Shown here: positions 57,390 to 64,000 of the stretch, in pieces
Layout: every line of letters begins with the position of its first letter
Position numbering within the stretch: the stretch's first letter is position 1
Source: the human T2T-CHM13v2.0 reference genome, Homo sapiens
Strand: one strand, 5' to 3'
DNA: 64,000 nucleotides
Assembly: GCF_009914755.1 (NCBI RefSeq)
Contig: NC_060928.1
Notes under the pieces: generated by a model
What the model was told of the DNA's origin: nothing
Databases searched by the model: none
What the model saw: only the letters and a program-made list of their open reading frames with translations
Position numbers and translations under genes: made by a program

Positions 57390-59230
57390 ACTTCTGTTTT
57401 GAGTTATGATGGAGTAACAACAACCAGATTTACACTCCTGTCTCAAACCACTAGAAAACCACATAAAAGATATGAAGCTACAGTTTTCAGGTATTAGATA
57501 ATGAGGCAGCACAGATGGCAGTCCCTAACAGAAGGGAAACAAACTAGGTAAGTCTTGCAATGCTATCAGCTTACACATGAAGACTTCTGGCTATAGCACA
57601 AGGAGGAAGATCATAAGCAGAATCTGGCTGTCTCATAAAGTTGAGTAGGCAAAATTCGTAGTTCAGAGAGGCCAGTGTGGCTAGAATTTGTGCAGAGAAG
57701 GCAGCAGTACAGAAAAAGCTCTGAAGAACTCCAGAAAGAACTTCTTGGGTCTTTGGCTGAGTACTGGTCTGTATGTGTGTGAGAGGAAACAATCCAAAAG
57801 CTGAGAAAGAACCACTGGAAGGAGAAGGCAGAATAATTTCAAGAGATCACACAAGGCTGGGAAAAAGTCTGTGTTCCTTACAGCCAGAATAGAAGGACCT
57901 TCTAATACCTGGGCATCAAGTAGAGTACTTAGAAGACTTACTGCCTCAGTAATGGGGCCAAATTAGCCCTAAACAAAAGAGTGTTCTGGTCACACTTAAA
58001 AATATCAAGCCTCTGAAAGAACAAACAGTTTTTGAGTAACTTAACTTTGCCCCAGAATAAGGCTTAAAAATATTTAAAGAAATACAAATAAACAAACAAA
58101 AAGAACCAGCACCCAAAAATGTAAAGTTCATGTCTAGTAACAATCAAAAATCATCTAGCAGACAAAGAAGCAGGAAAACATAACCCCAAAAAAGCAGAAA
58201 AGTCAATAAACAGAAACAGACTCAGAAATGAGAGATGACAGAATTAGTACACAGGGATATTAAAACAGACATTACAAATATAGCCTATCTCACATTCAAG
58301 TAGATAGAGGAAGCATGAACATGCTAAGGAGAAACACGGAAGATATAAAAAAGACCCAAATCCAACTTCTAGAGATGAAAATACACAACTTCTCAGATGA
58401 AAAACACAGGATGGGATAAAAAGCAGATTAGACAATGCAGAAGAAAATTAGCAATGTTGAAGACAAAACTATATAAACTAAAACAGAAACAGACTGAAAA
58501 ATAAATAGTATCAGTGAACTCGGAAATTCAAGCAGCATATAACATACATGTCCTTAAAGTCTCAGAAGGTGACGGGTAGGGGAAAACAGAAAAAAAAATC
58601 TGAAGAAATAAAAAACAAAAATTTCACAAATATAATAAAAACTATAAACCTACAGATCTAAGCAGCTCGATGAAAACTAGGTTAAGAAACATAAAGAACA
58701 CCATACCAAGGAACACCAGAAACAAACTGCTGTAAACTGGTGATAAAGAGAAAGATCTTAATAACCAGCCAGAAAAAAAGAGAAACAATCAGTACAGAGG
58801 AACAGATACAACAATCACAGCATACTACTTATTGGAAAAAATGCAAGCTAAAAGATAGTAGAGCAATACCTTTTAAGTATGGGGGTTAAAAACTGCCAAA
58901 CTAGAACTCTAAAGTAAAAATATTTTTCACAAAGACTAAAGCAAGGTATATTCAGACATACAAAGTTGAAAGAATTCATGGCCAGCACTACTAGGAATGT
59001 TAAAGGAAATCCTTCAGAATAGAAAAAAAAAAATGAAATGTGATGGAAATGTGAATCTATACAAAAAGATGAAAAGCACCTAAGTAAGTATGATGATAAA
59101 TATCAAAAATTACTTTTTCTTATTTTTTCAAGCTCTTTAAAAGATAACTGATTATTTAAAGCAAAAGTAAAGACAATGTATTTGGGGTTTATAAAATACA
59201 CAAATATAAAATGTATGAAAATCATACATT
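57390..59230 (+). mobile_element. Degraded old L1M 5'/ORF1 region
   Basis: A-rich L1-like pattern (aacttctagagatgaaaatac, aagcagattagacaatgcagaagaaa); boundaries approximate. Confidence 0.6.
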
Positions 59231-59486
59231 TCAGTGATCAGAAATATCAAGCTGAGAGGACAATGCACAGGACAAGAAACTATTCTCATTTGAAAAAATT
59301 GGTACAATTCCCACTAGTACAAAAATTACCTAGATTAAGCTTAATCTAGAATATTTATTAATATATTAAAGGAAAGCATATGCCTGAACATTTGAGAAAC
59401 AATTCAAGACAGCACTTATTTGGGCCCAAAATGGAGAAATTCAATATAGTCTTTAAATCAGAGGTTTCCAAGGTTAATACACAAAC

Positions 59487-59609
59487 CTTTCTTCTACATT
59501 GATGCTTCTGACAGTCACGCATCTTAACACACTTAGTTTCACACAGATAAGGTTTATGACAAGGCATTCGTTTTGTATGCTTTCCACAGCGACAATGCTT
59601 TTCCACTTC
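59487..59609 (-). CDS. NFXL1: NFXL1 exon 11
   Basis: CAG|GAA...AAG|GTTTGT; [41 protein letters not shown], 123 nt. Confidence 0.94.
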
Positions 59610-60020
59610 CTGGAAGAATAAAAGAAATGCTATTAAAATTGATTTTTGTTAATATTTTTTCCTCACATTGCAACTTCTACAATTATTAAAACATAATGAA
59701 CAAAAATTTTAACACTAAATTTGTATAACAAACTTTACCAAAAACCAATTTGAATTTCCTAAAACATTTGCTTATATCTTACTTTGTTCCAAAAAGGACT
59801 TCATATAAATTTGTTATTAAATTCAGAAAACTGATATTGAATAGTTAAAAAAAAAAAAAATCACATAATAAAACCACTTACATTCATTACAACCATAACA
59901 TCTGCAACTCTTGTCTCAGTAAAGCCAAAAAAACTAGATTATCTAGTAAGCTAACTTGTGGACTTGGTACTGTGGTCAAAACCAGAATGACACATACAAC
60001 TTTAAAGTCTCAAGTCTAGG

Positions 60021-61667
60021 CCTCTACTGAAGTCTTGAACACTCGAAGTCACCCATGAGGGCTGGGATCAACTTCTTATGAACTCCAGTTAATGTTGATA
60101 TTTTGACCTACTCTCGTTATAATGAATGTTCTGAATGGCATCTAAAATGAGGAATCCTTTCCAGAAGGTTTTCAATTTACATTGCCAAGATTCATCAGAG
60201 GAATCACTATCTACAGCAGCTATAGCCTTAGGAAATGTATTTCTTAAAAAATAGAACTTGAAAGTCAAAATTATTCCTTGATCCATGGGCTGCAGGATGG
60301 ATATTGTGTTGGCAGACATGGCATAAAAACATTCATCTTTTGTACACCTCAATCAGAGCTCTTGGGTGACCACGTGCATTGTCAATGAGCAGTAATATTT
60401 TGAAAGGAATATTTCCTGATCAGTCAGTCTCAAGAGTGGGCTTATAACCATGCCATAAAGATGTGCTGTCCATAGATGTGCTGTCATCTAGGCTTTGTTG
60501 TTCCATTTGCAGAGCATAGGCAGACTAGATTTAGCAAAATTCATAAGATCCCTAGGATTTTTGAAATGGTAAATGAGCACTGGCTTCGATTTAAAGTCAT
60601 CAGCTACATTAGCCCTTAAGAAGAAAGTCAGCCTATTCTTTGACGGTTTGAAGCTTTAACTGTGAAAGTCCTATATTGTATCTTCTTCCAGTAGAAGGCT
60701 ATTTCATCTCAGTTGAAAATCTTTTGTTCAATATAGCCACCTTCATCAATTACCTTAGCCAGATCATCTGGATAACCCGACAGCTTCTACATCAACACTT
60801 GCTGTTTCACCTCGCACCTTTATATTATGAAGAGGGCTTCCTTCCTTAAACTTCATGAACCAACCTCTGCTAGTTTCAAACTTTTCTTGTGCAGCTTCCT
60901 CACCTCTCTCAGCCTTCACAGAATTGAAGTTAGGGCCTTGCTTTGGAGTATTTGGTTTAAGGTAATATTATAGTTACTTTGATCTTGTTTGCAGACCTCT
61001 AAATCTTCCTCCTTATCATCAATAAGGCTGTTTCACTTTCTTAACATTCCTGTATTCACTGCAGTAGCAATTTTAATTTCCTTCAGGAACTTTTCCTTTG
61101 CATTCACAACATGGCTAATTGATGCAAGAGAACTTTCAGCCTATTTCAGCTTTCAACTTGCCTTCCTCACTAGCTTAATCATCTCTAGCTTTTGATTTAA
61201 ATGAGAAATGTGTGACTCTTCCTTTCACTTGAACATTTACAAAAGCCATTGTAGAGTTATCAATTGGCCTAATTTCAATATTGTTGTCTCTCAGGGAATA
61301 GGAAGGCCCAAGGAGAGGGAAAGAGAATGGGGAACGACTGGTCAGTAGAGCAGTCAGAACACACGCACAACATTTAACCATTAAAGTCACTGTCTAACAG
61401 AGGCATGGTTTGTGGCACCCCCAAACAATCACAATAGTAACATCAAAGATCACTGATCACAGGTTATCAAAACAGATATAATGATAATGAAAAAGTCTGA
61501 AATAGTGCAAGAATTACCAAATTTGACAGATACATGAGCACATACTGTTGGAAAAATGGAGCTGAAAGACTTGTTTTACAAAGGCTTACCATAAACCTTC
61601 AATTTATTAAAAACGCAGTATTGGCAAAGCACAATAAAGTGAAATGCAATAAAACGTGGTATGCCTG
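60021..61667 (-). mobile_element. Second Tigger1 copy, 3'-truncated
   Basis: Terminus ...ggtatgcctg-TA at 61667; ORF 60089-60352 has pogo-type [14 protein letters not shown] motif; colinear with ~38530-40104. Confidence 0.92.
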
Positions 61668-61828
61668 TATTCTCCTGCTTCTTATCCTAATATTAGGTCA
61701 CTAAATTCATATACATCATGACACAGATGTATATGAAAATAAGTAATAGAAAACAACCACAGGACAATCTCATTTGATATATTATGATAGGTAGCTCTTA
61801 AAAGTAATTATTACAGGAGATGACTAAC

Positions 61829-61953
61829 TTGTCTACATGTTTCACAGGGACCTCGGTGACAACGCTGTGAACATCTATGGATTCCGCATTCAAGTACTTT
61901 GTCACAACTGTCTCCACAAGTTGGTACATCTTCTGTACAAGGCAAAGAAAACT
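61829..61953 (-). CDS. NFXL1: NFXL1 exon 10, NF-X1 zinc finger
   Basis: TAG|AG...CAA|GTTAGT; [41 protein letters not shown], 125 nt. Confidence 0.95.
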
Positions 61954-62345
61954 CTAAAAACATACAAAAAGTCAATGTTAATAATGAGACATTATTATTA
62001 AACATCAACAAAGTGCCATGTTCTTCAGGCTCCCTAAGGAATGCTAGCACTTTCAGACTATAAATTTTTGTATCCACATAATCATTGGGAAAAATTAACT
62101 TTAATGAAAATAATCCCTAATATTTGTGAAGTTTATGGTTTTTAAAAAGAAATTTGACACAAGTTACTATCCTCAAGAAACACATTTTTATGGGCTATCT
62201 ACTTCAGAAATAGTTATCTAAAGAAATGAGTAAAGACTACATAAACCATTCATGAATTTTCCTAATGTAAAAATTTGTTTTAAAAAACTTGCTCTGAACT
62301 ACCCCACAAAGACAAAAAGAAAGGTTTAGTCTTTAAAACACCACC

Positions 62346-62634
<289 letters not shown>

Positions 62635-62824
62635 CTACAAAATTATAAAATTCACCTTTAACATAAACATATTGTGACAAGTATTAGAAGTAGTCTTATA
62701 CATATGATGCTGTTATTTGTGGAGAGTCAAAAAAGCTTACTCAAAGTGCCATCCTACTATGCCTTTATCTCAAAGCAGCCTAAAATAAACTCACCTATAA
62801 CCTATTACATAATAATGACAATAG

Positions 62825-63245
62825 CACAGCCTCCCCTATTGTCAAACCCCACCAGACTGGTACATTTGTTATAACTGATGTACTTACATTGACACATCAT
62901 AATCACCCAAAGGTCATAGTTTATATAAAGGTTCACTCATGGTGTTGTATATTTTATAGGTTTGGACAAATGTATAATGACATATATCCACCATTATAGT
63001 ATCACACGGAGGAGTTTCCCTGCCCTGAAAATCTTCTATGTCTCTCCTATTCATCTCTCTCTCTCTCCCCAACCCCTGGAAGCCATTGATCACCACAGTT
63101 TGGACCTTTCCAGAATGTCATATAGTTGGGGGCTTAAATTTTGTAGCTTTTTCAGACTGGCTTCTTTCATTTAGTAATATGCACTTAAGTTTCCTGGAGG
63201 ACGTCTTTTGAATGTCTTTTCATGGCTTGACAGATCATTTCCTAT
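62825..63245 (-). mobile_element. L1MC-type 3' fragment ending just downstream of the exon 9 donor
   Basis: ggtacatttgtta...acattgacacatcataatcacccaaag. Confidence 0.7.
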
Positions 63246-63272
63246 ATAAATATAAAAAAAAACAAGTCTTAC

Positions 63273-63387
63273 TTGATTTCTGACATGGACAGAACCTTTT
63301 CCCAGATCGAGGACATTCTCCACAAGCACCAACATGGCAAACTTGCTCACATGTGTGATTACCACATGGCAGTGTTTTTCCACATAC
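63273..63387 (-). CDS. NFXL1: NFXL1 exon 9, NF-X1 zinc finger; gene continues beyond the window end
   Basis: TAG|GTA...CAA|GTAAGA; [38 protein letters not shown], 115 nt; the 15 exons sum to 1647 nt = 548 aa + stop. Confidence 0.95.
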
Positions 63388-63529
63388 CTAAAATAAAATG
63401 CAATAAACACTAATGAAGGATTTAAAAGTTAACAAAAAAAGACTTCATACAAGACACAATCCATTTTTCAATCACAAACAACTGCTTTACGTCCCTCATA
63501 TTATTTTACTTTATATTTTATACAGGTGT

Positions 63530-63581
63530 CATACATATGTATATATAGATACATATATACATATGTATACACACACATATA
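63530..63581. repeat. Imperfect (TA/CA)n microsatellite
   Basis: catacatatgtatatatagatacatatatacatatgtatacacacacatatat. Confidence 0.8.
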
Positions 63582-64000
63582 TTTCCTATGCACCAAAAAG
63601 TATATTTTAAAAGTACAATACGGAAAAAAACTACATGCAGCTCCATATGGCCATTCACCAAGGAGTTCTAAGTGGCATTAAAACCATGCCAATTCTAGGA
63701 CAAGCAACCTATAAAATCAATCTTACTTCCTCAATTGGATTAATTCAAGAAGCGGGGAGGCGTGCTGGTTGAAGAGAGGGGAAAGAGAAGAAGGGGACAA
63801 GAGCTAGCAAGAAAGAGTACAAATGTAGTGAATCCAAAACTCAACAAATAGCTGTTACTTTGAAAAAAATTTTTCCTCTAATAATTAAAAATGATATTAA
63901 ATTTAAAAGTAGTTTCTTAAAACATGATATAATTCATCTGAGTTGCTATTCTTCCTTGCCTTTTATCCAACTAAACCTGATTAGCCTTGCTGCTTTCTAG

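Noticed and set aside
60089-60352. Transposase-like ORF as a domesticated TIGD-type gene
   Set aside because: Only 87 aa within a truncated, multiply disrupted Tigger1.
61951-61956. TAGAG tandem acceptor at exon 10
   Set aside because: The distal AG shifts by 2 nt and frameshifts; nothing in the sequence suggests regulated use.

Overview
Mammalian (human-type) genomic DNA, recognisable as the NFXL1-CORIN locus, with both genes on the minus strand. 63387 to ~12565 holds the last 15 exons of NFXL1. I spliced them by hand into one uninterrupted 548-aa frame: Cys/His NF-X1 zinc-finger repeats, a charged coiled-coil, a basic cluster and a C-terminal hydrophobic anchor. About 9 kb further on lies the CpG-island promoter and 63-nt first coding exon of CORIN (MKQSPALAPEERYRRAGSPKP). 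The rest is intronic/intergenic and dominated by Alu, L1, L2, MIR, Tigger1, Charlie/MER and LTR remnants. No rRNA, tRNA, CRISPR or prokaryotic system is visible. The most notable signal is a 270-nt alternative CORIN first exon (2705-2974) that resembles the long mouse corin N-terminal tail as I recall it, frame-intact except for one TGA. Also notable: recursive-splice-like AG/GT junctions in NFXL1, a phase-compatible NFXL1-CORIN read-through fusion, a candidate REST site, inverted Alu pairs and several small duplications. Gene, exon-number and repeat-subfamily names come from recall, not from a database search.
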